Assembly: GCA_964630405.1 (NCBI GenBank)
Contig: CAZVUC010000050.1
Span: 8,948-72,947, forward strand
Direction of reading: 5' to 3'
Length of the DNA: 64,000 nucleotides
Source of the DNA: an uncultured Syntrophobacterales bacterium
Lineage (GTDB): Bacteria; Desulfobacterota; Binatia; UBA9968; JAJDTQ01
The notes under the pieces are model-generated. The model had not been told where the DNA came from. It saw only the letters and a program-made list of their open reading frames with translations, and ran no database searches. The position numbers and the translations under genes are program-made. Shown one piece after another: positions 39,878 through 49,734 of the stretch (position 1 is the stretch's first letter; every line of letters begins with the position of its first letter).

Positions 39878-40816
39878 TCAGCCGCCGCCGTTGCGGCTGA
39901 TCTCCTGCAGCAACTGCTGCGCCTTCCGCTTGTGTATCGCGTCGTCGGAGAATTTGATCGGTAGCTCGGCGACCGTCTCCAGGTGTCGGCGGGCCAGTTC
40001 AGGCTTGCCGAGCGCCTGATAGGTCCTTGCCAGCTCCAGGTGGTGGTTGATGACGTCGGGGTTGTAGCCGATCGCCTTCTTCAGGTAGCGGACCGAGTCG
40101 TCCATGCGCCCGGGCGGGACCGAACCGAGAAGGAACAACTTCGCCAGCAGGCGTTCGGCCTGGTTGATCTCCGCCATGCGCCGGTGCCATACGCCCAGGA
40201 CGTGATAGGCAAAGCCGTTGTCGGGGTCGAGGGCGATGGCCGTGTCGGTGGCCTCGCGGATGTCACCGGCCAGCGCAATCTGCTTCTTGACGCCGGAGAA
40301 CTCGGCCACCTTCCCCAATGACACGGCCAGGAAGAAGTGAGGCCACGTCGACTTCGGATCGACCTTGACCGCCGCGCGCGCGTAGCGCTCGGCGGTGCGG
40401 TACTGCTCCTGGCGTTTCTTCTCCCAGTCGGGGACCGTCTCGGGGATCATGTCGCCCACGTCGATGTAGGTCCGCGCGGTCCAGACGAGGACTTCGGGGT
40501 CGTCGGGCGACAGCGCCAGCGCCTTCTTGAGCTCGACCAGGGCTTCCGAGGATTTGAACTGTCCGTAAAGGGCGGCCGCGCGCGCAACGGCCTTGGCCGC
40601 GTCGCCGCCGTCGTCCCGAACGGTTCCGTTCTCGTCGGGGACCGGCGGCGGGCCGTCGGCGGCGGATGCGTGGCGGACGGGGCCGCCGCCCGCGACGAGG
40701 AACAGGGCCAGCAACAGAACGGCGACTTGGGGCAACGGTCCGAGGATCAGGGGCAGGGAGCGGGTGCTGCCGCAGTCTTGGAAAGCTCGACGAAACGGCA
40801 TGTGGGTGGTAACCAC
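39878..40816 (-). CDS. TPR-repeat protein, secreted.
   Basis: Signal peptide. Repeated TPR-like helices (ALVELKKALALSPDDPE...). Confidence 0.65.
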   Translation of the reverse strand: MVTTHMPFRRAFQDCGSTRSLPLILGPLPQVAVLLLALFLVAGGGPVRHASAADGPPPVPDENGTVRDDGGDAAKAVARAAALYGQFKSSEALVELKKALALSPDDPEVLVWTARTYIDVGDMIPETVPDWEKKRQEQYRTAERYARAAVKVDPKSTWPHFFLAVSLGKVAEFSGVKKQIALAGDIREATDTAIALDPDNGFAYHVLGVWHRRMAEINQAERLLAKLFLLGSVPPGRMDDSVRYLKKAIGYNPDVINHHLELARTYQALGKPELARRHLETVAELPIKFSDDAIHKRKAQQLLQEISRNGGG

Positions 40817-40836
40817 AAGTCCAGTGTATCAACTCC

Positions 40837-41796
40837 ATGGCCCATAATCCATCACCCCGGGAAAAAAGGCAGGCGCCCGGGCGCGCGAGGGACGTGGCCG
40901 ACGCGGTCCTCCTGATCGCGTTCGGCGGGCCCGAGAAACCTGACGAGATCCGGCCGTTCCTCGAGCGCGTCACCGCCGGACGGCGGATACCGCCGTCCCG
41001 TCTTGACGAGGTGGCGCACCACTATGAGATCATCGGCGGCCGCTCGCCGCTGAACGAGATCACGCGCAGGCAGGCGGCGGCGCTGCGGGAGAGGCTCGCG
41101 CGGGACGGCGTCGTCGTCCCCGTCCACGTCGGCATGCGCAACTGGCACCCCTTTCTGGACCAGGCCCTGGCGGCGCTCCGGGCGGACGGTTGCCGCCGGG
41201 TGTCGGGGATCATCCTCTCCGCGTTCCGGACGGAGGCCTCATGGGACCGTTACGTCGGTAGCGTGGAGGCAGCCCGGACCGCCGCGGGCGAGCCGGCGGT
41301 GGAGTACGCGGGCGCCTGGTCCGACCACCCTCTCTACGTTCAGGCGGTGGCCGACCGGGTGGCTGCCACCATCGACCGGATTCCGCCGGCCCGGCGGGAT
41401 GCTCCTCTCGTGTTCACCGCCCACAGCATTCCACGTTCCATGGCCGATGACTCCCCATACGCCGCGCAGTTCAGGAAGGCCTCCCAAGGGGTGGCGGAGA
41501 GACTGGGACGGCCCCGGTGGACGCTTGCCTACCAGAGCCGTAGCGGCAACCCCAGCGACCCGTGGCTCGAGCCCGACGTGTGCGACGTCATCGAGACCCT
41601 GGCGGGAGAAGGGGAGCGGGCGGTGGTGGTGGTGCCCATCGGTTTCGTCTGCGACCACGTCGAGGTGCTCTACGACCTGGACGTGGAGGCGCGGCAACGG
41701 GCCGAGGCGGTGGGAATGGGGTTCTATCGGGCCCCCGCCGTCAACGACCATCCGCTGTTCGTGGACCTGCTCGCCACGCTCGTTTCAGGTACATAG
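40837..41796 (+). CDS. hemH: Ferrochelatase.
   Basis: Reads VLLIAFGGPEKPDEIRPFLERV... with ferrochelatase colinearity. 319 aa. Confidence 0.85.
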   Translation: MAHNPSPREKRQAPGRARDVADAVLLIAFGGPEKPDEIRPFLERVTAGRRIPPSRLDEVAHHYEIIGGRSPLNEITRRQAAALRERLARDGVVVPVHVGMRNWHPFLDQALAALRADGCRRVSGIILSAFRTEASWDRYVGSVEAARTAAGEPAVEYAGAWSDHPLYVQAVADRVAATIDRIPPARRDAPLVFTAHSIPRSMADDSPYAAQFRKASQGVAERLGRPRWTLAYQSRSGNPSDPWLEPDVCDVIETLAGEGERAVVVVPIGFVCDHVEVLYDLDVEARQRAEAVGMGFYRAPAVNDHPLFVDLLATLVSGT

Positions 41797-41858
41797 CCTG
41801 TATTGACCCGGGGGCGGCCTGCCGATAGGATTCTGGTGCGGTCGGGTGCTTCCTACTC

Positions 41859-42890
41859 ATGTCCAAGGCGCGGGAGGGGATCATGTCCTCGAGATTCCTG
41901 AGTTCGCTTGCGGCGGCAACCGTTGCGGCGGTGACGGTCGTCTCCGTCGCCCTCGGATCCGAAGCCAGGGCGCCGGTTCGGGTGGGCTTGACGGGCTTCG
42001 GGGTAGGCACCGTCGTCACCTGGGTCGCCGACGACACGGACCTGTTCGCCAAGTACGGCATCGACGTCGAGGCCGTCTACATCGAGGGAGCCGCGGGCGG
42101 CGGCGTGCAGTCGCTGCTCGGGATCGACATCCTGGTGTCGTCCCGGGACGTGCTGCCCCCCCTGGAGGCCGTGAGCAACGGCGCCGACCTGGTTTTCTTC
42201 GGCGGACACGGGAGCGCGGAGAACTATCGTTTCGGGGTGGCTTCGTACGTCGATCACCTGGCGCAGCTCAAGGGCAAGAAGGTGGGGGTGTCGGGCTTGG
42301 GCAGGAAGTCCGACCTCATCGCGCGGGTGGCTTTGCGGCGGGCCGGGCTCGATCCGGTGGAGGACGTGGAGATGGTTCCCATCGGCTACTCGCCCCAGCG
42401 AGCCGCGGCCATCTTTCGCAACGTCGTCCAGGGGGCGCCCCTTGTCCCTCAGGTGGCGGCGCAGGCGCAGCGGGCGGGCATCAAGGTGCTCGACGTCGGG
42501 GAGGTCCATCTCGTCACGGACCTGCTGGTCACCACCCGGTCTTTCGCCGAACGGAACCCCAGTGCGCTCCGGCGTTTCCTGATGGCCTATCTCAACGGCG
42601 TCCAACACTTTCTGACCGATCGCGCGGACAGCATGCGCATCATGAAGAAATACGGGACCCTGGCGGAGGGGACCTCCCTCTCAGGCGCCTACACGTTCCT
42701 GGCCAACCAGCTGGAACCGCTGCCGGTGCCGCGCGCCGAGGGGGTGCAGGCGCTCATCGATGCGGTCTCGGTCACGGACTCGCGCGCCCGGAAGCTCATG
42801 CCGCACCAGCTCCTGGAGCTGGAGGCCTTGAAGCGGCTTCAGCAGGCCGGTTTCGTCAAGGGACTGTACTCCGAGAAGATCGAGCTGTAA
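41859..42890 (+). CDS. ABC-type substrate-binding protein of the NitT/TauT (NMT1-like) family. Orphan: no permease or ATPase gene is adjacent.
   Basis: Signal peptide. NMT1-like fold. Confidence 0.75.
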   Translation: MSKAREGIMSSRFLSSLAAATVAAVTVVSVALGSEARAPVRVGLTGFGVGTVVTWVADDTDLFAKYGIDVEAVYIEGAAGGGVQSLLGIDILVSSRDVLPPLEAVSNGADLVFFGGHGSAENYRFGVASYVDHLAQLKGKKVGVSGLGRKSDLIARVALRRAGLDPVEDVEMVPIGYSPQRAAAIFRNVVQGAPLVPQVAAQAQRAGIKVLDVGEVHLVTDLLVTTRSFAERNPSALRRFLMAYLNGVQHFLTDRADSMRIMKKYGTLAEGTSLSGAYTFLANQLEPLPVPRAEGVQALIDAVSVTDSRARKLMPHQLLELEALKRLQQAGFVKGLYSEKIEL

Positions 42891-42891
42891 G

Positions 42892-42915
42892 GGCGGTTTC
42901 AGACCCGCCCCTGCA
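42892..42915. repeat. REP-like hairpin GGGCGG-TTTCAGAC-CCGCCCCTGC directly after the stop codon.
   Basis: Shares CCCGCCCCTGC and GGCGGTTTCA with the 39471 copy. Confidence 0.45.
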
Positions 42916-42958
42916 TGTCGTTCTCCTTCCTTCGGCGGCTTGCCGGCGCGGTCAAAAT

Positions 42959-42987
42959 TGCATTCGCCGCGCATATCCCCTAGAATG
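42959..42987 (+). promoter_or_regulatory. Sigma-70-like promoter for plsC.
   Basis: TTGCAT, a 17-bp spacer, then TAGAAT. Confidence 0.45.
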
Positions 42988-43043
42988 AAACGGCCCGTAC
43001 GCTCAGGTCGCCGACAAGTCCGGGCACACACGCCTTCACCCGC

Positions 43044-43814
43044 ATGTACACGCTAAAGCTGGCGCTGATCGTTCTTTCAAGCATACTCCAGAGCATTCCC
43101 ATCATTGCACTCGGGCTCGTGGACCCCTACGGCAAGCGGGTCTATCCGATGTTCCGGTTCTGGTCGTGGTGCGTTCTCAAGACCGGCGGGGTGGAGCTGA
43201 GGGTGCGTGAGACCGGGCAGCTGGATCCCCGGCGGGCCTACATCTTCATGGCCAATCACCAGAGCAACATCGACATCCCCGTGCTGGTGCGGGCACTGGG
43301 GCCGTTCCAGTTGCGCTGGATGGCCAAGCGCGAGCTCCTTCGAGTACCGTTCTTCGGCTGGGCGCTGTGGGCATCCAAGCACATCATCGTCAAGCGCACC
43401 CGGTCGAAGGACGTGGCGGCCGCCATGGCCGCCTCGTGCGACAGGCTGGCCCGGGGCATCTCCGTGGTGGTGTTTCCGGAGGGGACGCGAAGCACGGACG
43501 GAGGGCTGTTGCCGTTCAAGCGTGGAGGATTTCGCCTGGCGGAGAAGGCGGGGGTTCCCATCGTGCCCATCACCCTCAACGGGTCGGGGGCCCTCATGCG
43601 GCGCGGAGACTGGCGCCTCAGGCCCGGCGAAGTGGAAGTCGTCGTCGGCGATGCGATCCCGCCGGACGACGGCGACGACCGTTCCCGCCGGCAGATGCGC
43701 CGTGTGCGGGAGGCCATCGGCTCACACCTGGCGCGGCCGGCCGCAGCCCCGGGCGGCAGCGGCGGCGCCTGGCACGCCGAGGGGTTTCCGCCGGCGACGG
43801 GTCGAGAGGTCTAG
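43044..43814 (+). CDS. plsC: 1-acyl-sn-glycerol-3-phosphate acyltransferase.
   Basis: HXXXXD motif (FMANHQSNIDIPV). PEGTRS motif. Confidence 0.85.
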   Translation: MYTLKLALIVLSSILQSIPIIALGLVDPYGKRVYPMFRFWSWCVLKTGGVELRVRETGQLDPRRAYIFMANHQSNIDIPVLVRALGPFQLRWMAKRELLRVPFFGWALWASKHIIVKRTRSKDVAAAMAASCDRLARGISVVVFPEGTRSTDGGLLPFKRGGFRLAEKAGVPIVPITLNGSGALMRRGDWRLRPGEVEVVVGDAIPPDDGDDRSRRQMRRVREAIGSHLARPAAAPGGSGGAWHAEGFPPATGREV

Positions 43815-43819
43815 TCCGG

Positions 43820-45475
43820 ATGGAGTCCGTGAGGATCGTCCCCCTGGGAGGGCTGGGAGAGTTCGGCTCCAACATGCTGGCGGTGGAGTGGGGCGACTCC
43901 GTCATCGCCCTGGACTGCGGCGTGATGTTCCCCGGCCCCGAGCTGCTGGGCATCGACCTGGTCATCCCGGACATCAGCTACCTGGAGGAGCGGGGGAAGG
44001 CTCCCCGGGCCATCATCCTGACCCATGCCCACGAGGACCACATCGGCGCCTTGCCCTACGTCCTGCGGCGTTTCCAGGTGCCGGTCTACGGCACGCGGCT
44101 GACCTTGGGGTTCCTGCGCCACAAGTTGCGGGAGCACCGGCTCGAAGACTCCACCGAGTTGGTGGAGATCGTCCCCGGACAGCGGTTTTCCGTGGGCCCC
44201 TTCACCATCGAAGGAATTCCCGTAACCCACAGCCTGGTCAACTGCATCGCCCTCGCCATCGAAACGCCCGTGGGGGTCATCGTCCACACCGGCGACTTCA
44301 AGATCGACAACACGCCCATGGCGGGGGAGAGCTTCGACTTCCACCGCTTCGCGGCCTACGGCGACAAGGGGGTTCTGCTGCTGCTGTCGGACTCCACCAA
44401 CGTCGAGCACGCCGGCAGCACGCCCTCCGAACGCACCGTCGGAGAGGGGCTCCGGGGCATCTTCAGCGCGAGCCCGGGCCGGGTTTTCGTGTCGACGTTC
44501 GCCTCCCATATCCCGCGCATCCAGCAGGTGGCGGAGCTGGCGGCCGACTTCGGGCGCAAGCTGGTGCTCAGCGGGCGGAGCATCGTCAACAACACGGCCA
44601 TCGCCGCCGACCTGGGCTATCTGCGCCTGCCGCCCGACGTCATGACGGACAGCCAGAGCTGGCAGGACGTAGCCGACGACCGGCTTTGTTTCCTCACCAC
44701 CGGAAGCCAGGGGGAGCCCCTTTCCGTGCTCCACCGCGTGGCCTTCGACGAGCACCGCTCCATCAAGGTCCGGCCCGGAGACGCCGTGGTGCTGTCGGCC
44801 AGGTTCATCCCGGGAAACGAGAAGATCATCAGCAACCTCATCAACCACCTCTACCGGCGGGGCGCCCGGGTCCACTACGAGCGCACGTCGGAGATCCACG
44901 TGTCGGGACACGCCAGCCAGGAAGAGTTGAAGACCATGCTTCAGCTCACCCGGCCGCGATACTTCGTGCCGGTTCACGGAGAGTTCCGCCAGCTCTGCAA
45001 GCACATCGAGCTGGCGCGCTCCGTGGGCGTGCCCGCCGGCAACTGCTTTCTCATGGAAAACGGCGACGTGCTGGAGATCACCGGGCACGACGCCTGGCGC
45101 GGGGAGCCGGTGGCCACCGGCAAGGTCTTCGTGGACGGGAACGGCATCGGCGACGTGGAGGACGTGGTCATACGGGACCGCAAGCATCTGAGCGAGGATG
45201 GGTTGGTGGTGGTGGCCATGGCGGTTCACCAGCGGACCGGCGAGGTCACGGCGGGCCCGGACCTGATGGCCCGGGGGTTCATGCGGCTGGAGGAAGAGGA
45301 CGACGTCCTCGGCACCGCCCGGGAGTCGTTGCGCGAGTACGTGGACGGCTGCGGCGTCGAGATGCGTACGGATTCGGCCGAGCTCAAGGAAGGCATACGC
45401 CGGTCGTTGCGCAAGTTCTTCGAGAAGAGGCTGCGGCGCCGGCCGGTGATCGTGCCGTATATCATGGAGATGTAG
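43820..45475 (+). CDS. rnj: Ribonuclease J.
   Basis: Starts MESVRIVPLGGLGEFGSNM. Beta-lactamase fold HAHEDH plus beta-CASP. 551 aa. Confidence 0.9.
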   Translation: MESVRIVPLGGLGEFGSNMLAVEWGDSVIALDCGVMFPGPELLGIDLVIPDISYLEERGKAPRAIILTHAHEDHIGALPYVLRRFQVPVYGTRLTLGFLRHKLREHRLEDSTELVEIVPGQRFSVGPFTIEGIPVTHSLVNCIALAIETPVGVIVHTGDFKIDNTPMAGESFDFHRFAAYGDKGVLLLLSDSTNVEHAGSTPSERTVGEGLRGIFSASPGRVFVSTFASHIPRIQQVAELAADFGRKLVLSGRSIVNNTAIAADLGYLRLPPDVMTDSQSWQDVADDRLCFLTTGSQGEPLSVLHRVAFDEHRSIKVRPGDAVVLSARFIPGNEKIISNLINHLYRRGARVHYERTSEIHVSGHASQEELKTMLQLTRPRYFVPVHGEFRQLCKHIELARSVGVPAGNCFLMENGDVLEITGHDAWRGEPVATGKVFVDGNGIGDVEDVVIRDRKHLSEDGLVVVAMAVHQRTGEVTAGPDLMARGFMRLEEEDDVLGTARESLREYVDGCGVEMRTDSAELKEGIRRSLRKFFEKRLRRRPVIVPYIMEM

Positions 45476-45485
45476 GCGGGCGCCC

Positions 45486-47753
45486 ATGCACAACGGCTCG
45501 CGGCTCAATCGTGAACTCTGGGGCTCGGTGGCTCTCGTGGCGGCCTGTTTCGCCGTGCTCAGCCTGGTCTCCTACAGCCCCCTGGACCAGTCCGTCAACG
45601 TCCCGTCCGGGGCCCGGGACCCGGCGAACCTCGGGGGAGTGGTGGGCGCCCATCTGGCGGACGTGTTGTTGCAGGGCCTGGGTCTCACGGCCTGGCTGCT
45701 GCCCGTCTTCCTGGTTCTGTTCGCGGTCCGGCTCTTTCGCCGGGAGCCGCGGAAGCTCGGGCTCCTCAAGGTCCTGGGATATGCGATGTCGCTGTGGGGC
45801 CTGGCCATCCTGGTCAGTCTCGTGCACGAGGTGGACGTGGCGCGGGAGAGCGGCGGTGTCCTGGGCGGGTTTTCCAAAGAGTTCCTGACGGAGATGTTCG
45901 GCTATGCCGGAACCTGCGCCATCACGCTGTTCCTGTTGCTGGCGGCGGTCATGCTGATGTCCCAGATGTCCATGCTGAGCTGGTGGAATCACCTCGCGGA
46001 CGCCCCCGGACAGCTCCGTTCCAGGATGGGCGCGACCACGGCGTCGGCGTGGCGCAAGACGGTGGAGGGCAAGCCGCCCGCCAACGTCAAGAAGGACCGC
46101 CGGGAATTCCGGGCGCCTCCCATCGTCGTCGAGGAGGAACCTCCGGCTCCGGAGGAAACCGCCAAGGGGCGCAGGAAGAAGGCCAAGGGCAAGAGCAAGG
46201 CGAAGTCCAGGCCCGAAACCGAGCAGTTCGTGTTCCCGGAGCTCACCGACGGCTACACGTTGCCGTCGACGGCCTTTCTCGATGCACCTCCGGAAGAAAA
46301 GGCCAGCATCGACAAGGGTACGCTGGAAGCCAATTCACTGATGCTTCAGCGGAAACTCCAGGACTTCGGCATCGAGGGCGAGGTGCTGGCGGTGAGGCCC
46401 GGGCCGGTCATCACCGTGTACGAGTTCCGGCCCGCCCCCGGCGTCATGGTGCGCCGCATCGTGGGGGTGGCGGACGACCTCGCCATGGCCCTCAGCGCCG
46501 TCAGCATCCGTATCCTGGCGCCGATTCCCGGAGAGTCCGTGGTGGGCATCGAAGTGCCCAATGCCCGGCGCGAAACCGTCTACCTGAGAGAGATCCTGGA
46601 AGACCCGGTGTACGCGGACTCCGACGCGATGTTGTCGCTGGCCCTGGGGAAGGACATCTCCGGGGCGCCGTTCGCCACGGACCTCTCCCGGATGCCGCAC
46701 CTGCTGGTGGCGGGCGCCACAGGCACGGGCAAGTCCGTCTCGCTCAACTCGATGATTCTCAGCGTCCTGTACAAGGCCACGCCGGACGACGTGCGCTTCA
46801 TCATGATCGACCCGAAGATGCTCGAGCTGACGCCCTATGAAGGGTTGCCGCATCTGTTGACGCCGGTGGTGACCGACCCGAAGGAGGCGCGGGCGGCCCT
46901 GTTCTGGGCGGTGGAGGAAATGGACCGCCGCTACCGGCTCATGCGCGACAAGCGCGCCCGCAATCTCGACAACTACAACCGCATCCTGGAACGGGAGCCG
47001 CCGCCGGAGAAGCCGGCCGCGGAGGACGCCGGCGACGGTTCCTCCGGGGGCGCGGAGGCGGGCGGCCGGCTGGACGGGCGCGAGGAGCTGGAGCACGGAC
47101 GGCTGCCCCGGATCGTCATCCTCATCGACGAGTTGGCGGATCTGATGATGTCCGTGGGACGTGACATCGAGGAACACATCACGCGGTTGGCGCAGAAGGC
47201 GCGAGCGGCCGGGATACACATGGTGCTGGCGACCCAGCGGCCGTCCGTGGACGTGATCACCGGTCTCATCAAGGCCAACTTTCCGGCGCGCATCTCGTTC
47301 CAGGTGACGTCGCGGGTGGATTCACGCACGATCCTGGACGGGCAGGGGGCGGAGCAGCTCCTGGGCAACGGGGACCTGCTCTTCCTGCCGCCGGGAACGG
47401 CGCGGTTGATCCGGCTTCACGGTCCCTTCGTGTCGGACAGAGAGGTCCGCAAGGTCACCGAGTTCATCAAGCAGCAAGGCCGGCCCCAGTACCGCCCGGA
47501 GATCCTGGAGGCCCGGGACGACGCCAACGGCGACTTCCTGAACGCCGACGACGACTACGACGAGATGTACGATCAGGCCGTGGCGGTGGTGACCGAGACC
47601 CGCCAGGCGTCCATATCCATGGTCCAGCGGCGCCTCCGGGTGGGATACAACCGCGCGGCGCGCATGATCGAGAAGATGGAGCGGGACGGAGTGGTAGGAC
47701 CCGCGGACGGCGCCAAGCCGCGCGAGGTCCTGGCGCAGAAGATCGAAGAGTAA
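45486..47753 (+). CDS. ftsK: DNA translocase FtsK.
   Basis: N-terminal transmembrane segments. Walker A AGATGTGKS. C-terminal gamma domain. Confidence 0.95.
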   Translation: MHNGSRLNRELWGSVALVAACFAVLSLVSYSPLDQSVNVPSGARDPANLGGVVGAHLADVLLQGLGLTAWLLPVFLVLFAVRLFRREPRKLGLLKVLGYAMSLWGLAILVSLVHEVDVARESGGVLGGFSKEFLTEMFGYAGTCAITLFLLLAAVMLMSQMSMLSWWNHLADAPGQLRSRMGATTASAWRKTVEGKPPANVKKDRREFRAPPIVVEEEPPAPEETAKGRRKKAKGKSKAKSRPETEQFVFPELTDGYTLPSTAFLDAPPEEKASIDKGTLEANSLMLQRKLQDFGIEGEVLAVRPGPVITVYEFRPAPGVMVRRIVGVADDLAMALSAVSIRILAPIPGESVVGIEVPNARRETVYLREILEDPVYADSDAMLSLALGKDISGAPFATDLSRMPHLLVAGATGTGKSVSLNSMILSVLYKATPDDVRFIMIDPKMLELTPYEGLPHLLTPVVTDPKEARAALFWAVEEMDRRYRLMRDKRARNLDNYNRILEREPPPEKPAAEDAGDGSSGGAEAGGRLDGREELEHGRLPRIVILIDELADLMMSVGRDIEEHITRLAQKARAAGIHMVLATQRPSVDVITGLIKANFPARISFQVTSRVDSRTILDGQGAEQLLGNGDLLFLPPGTARLIRLHGPFVSDREVRKVTEFIKQQGRPQYRPEILEARDDANGDFLNADDDYDEMYDQAVAVVTETRQASISMVQRRLRVGYNRAARMIEKMERDGVVGPADGAKPREVLAQKIEE

Positions 47754-47756
47754 CCC

Positions 47757-48467
47757 ATGATGACGATCGCATTGGACGCGGCGGCGGGCGCCCTCCCCGC
47801 GAGCCGCGGCGTGTCACGCTTCCCTGGTTGGATTGCGGCGGTCTTCTGCGCCGCCCTGTTGCTGCCGTTGCCGGGTCCCCGCGCGCAGGAAGCCGCGAAC
47901 ATCGTCCGGGAAGTGCAGCGTCGCTACGACGCCACGCGGGACTACAGCGCCGACTTCCGGCAGACCACCGAGTACCGCACCCTCAACCGGCGCATCGAAG
48001 GCAAGGGCCGGGTCTACTTCAGCAAACCGGCGAAGATGCTGTGGCGCTACGAGGACGCTGACGGACAGTTCGTCTTGTCCGACGGGCGCGCCCTCTACTT
48101 CTATCAGCCGGCCGAACGGCAGGTGATCAAGACCGCCCTCGGGTCGGTGTTCCGCTCGGACCTTCCGCTTTCCTTCCTGCTGGGCGTCGGCGATCTCGAC
48201 CGGGATTTCCGGGCAGAGTTGACGGCCTCCACTCCCGACGCCCACGTGCTGAAGCTCTTTCCCCGAAAAGCCAATACGGGCGTGACCGAGATCCAGCTCT
48301 CCGTGGACCCGGACAGCCACGACATCCGACAGGTCCTCATCGAGGATGCCGCGGGCAACGGTTGGACCTTCCGCTTCGACAACGTCCGCCACGGGGCAGG
48401 GCTGGATCCGGCGTTGTTCGAGCTGAAAGCGCCGCAAGGTGTCGATATCGTTGAGTTTGGGTCTTAG
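47757..48467 (+). CDS. lolA: Outer-membrane lipoprotein carrier protein LolA.
   Basis: Signal peptide. LolA fold motifs. Conserved ftsK-lolA synteny. Confidence 0.8.
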   Translation: MMTIALDAAAGALPASRGVSRFPGWIAAVFCAALLLPLPGPRAQEAANIVREVQRRYDATRDYSADFRQTTEYRTLNRRIEGKGRVYFSKPAKMLWRYEDADGQFVLSDGRALYFYQPAERQVIKTALGSVFRSDLPLSFLLGVGDLDRDFRAELTASTPDAHVLKLFPRKANTGVTEIQLSVDPDSHDIRQVLIEDAAGNGWTFRFDNVRHGAGLDPALFELKAPQGVDIVEFGS

Positions 48468-48627
48468 TGTCGTGTCCCACACAATGCTTTACCGATCTGC
48501 TTGTCTTTCTTGTCGTCGGCTGCGTTGCTCTTCCTCGCGTGGTGCCCGCCACTGCTCGTCATCGCGCCTTGCCGACAACAAGAAATCCTGCGCATCCCGG
48601 TAAAGCATTGTGTGGGACACGACACTA
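48465..48627 (-). ncRNA. Nested-hairpin repeat element, copy A. Candidate structured RNA on the minus strand.
   Basis: Perfect 30-bp outer inverted repeat (48465-48494 with 48598-48627). It encloses a ~100-nt core with an inner 15-bp stem (48506-48520 with 48571-85). The single inner-stem mismatch is C/A on the plus strand, which is G-U on the minus strand. The core is about 90% identical to copy B. The element starts at the TAG stop of lolA. Confidence 0.65.
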
Positions 48628-48731
48628 GGGCCGCGTCTCCTTCGGCAAGCCCCCACGGTGGTGGCCGCGTCTCTCGTATTGACTCCGTCTCGAAATAGTG
48701 GTGAATTGTGTCTCTTCCAGGAGACACGACC

Positions 48732-49157
48732 ATGAGGAAAGACGTTCTGAAGAAATTCCGGGAGACCCTCCTCGGCATGAAGGGTCAACTGCTGGAGGAT
48801 ATCCCGGACCGGCTCAAGCACGAGGTGGAGAGCTCCAAGGACGAGGGACGCGACACCTACGATTTGGCCAGCGACGAGCGGGATCGTGAGATCAACATGA
48901 TACTGAACGATCGCGAACGGGCGAAGCTGATGGCCATCGAGGATGCGCTGCTCCGGCTCGGCGAGGGTTCCTACGGCATCTGCGACGAGTGCGGGGAAGA
49001 TATCGGCGTCGGCCGGCTCAAGGTGATGCCGTTCACGCGGTTGTGCGTGCGCTGCCAGGAGGAGCTGGAGAAGGAATCCCGCATGACGAAGAACTTCGAC
49101 GACGATCGAACCTTCCGCCGGCTCACGACGACGGACACGGAAGAGGAAAGCTATTAA
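48732..49157 (+). CDS. DksA/TraR-family C4 zinc-finger protein.
   Basis: CxxC-x17-CxxC (CDECGEDIG...CVRCQ). Shine-Dalgarno AGGAGA before the ATG at 48732. Confidence 0.75.
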   Translation: MRKDVLKKFRETLLGMKGQLLEDIPDRLKHEVESSKDEGRDTYDLASDERDREINMILNDRERAKLMAIEDALLRLGEGSYGICDECGEDIGVGRLKVMPFTRLCVRCQEELEKESRMTKNFDDDRTFRRLTTTDTEEESY

Positions 49158-49228
49158 GGCTGTCCGGGTCGAATATTTCCACGCCTTGAGACGCGGCACC
49201 CCGCCGGCGGAAACCCGAGGAGGACGCC

Positions 49229-49627
49229 ATGAAGTACTTCTTTTCCAAGGATGAAGCCGAGGTCGTGCGTATCGAGGGCGAGGCGCCGCGCACCCTTTAC
49301 CCGTGCGTCGAGCCGGGCACGACCGGGACCCGCCAGTTCTCCATGGGCTTGCAGCAAGTCGATCCTCACAGCAAGATCCCCCTGCATTCCCACGACGAGG
49401 CCGAAGAGATCCTCTTCGTGATCGGCGGCCGCGCCATCGCCACGGTCGGAGACGAAACCGCGGAGATCGTGCCGGGTTCCGTCGTGTTCATACCCCCCAA
49501 GACCAACCACGGTTTCGTCAACGACGAAGACGAGCCCTTGTGGCTGACCTGGACCTTCTCGCCCCAGGGGTTCGAGGGCTACATCCGCGGCGTGGCGCAA
49601 GGCACCGTACAACTGAAGACCGTGTAG
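49229..49627 (+). CDS. Cupin-domain protein.
   Basis: Cupin motifs HSHDEAEEILFVIGG...PPKTNHGF. Shine-Dalgarno GAGGAGGA. Confidence 0.7.
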   Translation: MKYFFSKDEAEVVRIEGEAPRTLYPCVEPGTTGTRQFSMGLQQVDPHSKIPLHSHDEAEEILFVIGGRAIATVGDETAEIVPGSVVFIPPKTNHGFVNDEDEPLWLTWTFSPQGFEGYIRGVAQGTVQLKTV

Positions 49628-49734
49628 GCGGGTCACGCCGGTCGGCCCGCGTCCCCCGCCCACGGGCGCGTCCGGCGTTGCCGTGAAGACGTTCGAACGG
49701 CGACGGTCCGTGCATGGCCCGCAAGGAGGCTCGT

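Noticed and set aside
48465-48627. Classical MITE or IS remnant for the nested-hairpin elements
   Set aside because: The outer inverted repeats of the two copies are unrelated in sequence. A transposase-recognised terminal inverted repeat would be conserved. No transposase is in the window. Mobility of the terminal modules is not excluded, as the solo-termini finding shows.
49160-49175. CTGTCCGGGT 10-mer shared with the element-B arm
   Set aside because: A 10-mer match is expected by chance about 0.1 times in 64 kb. No flanking similarity.
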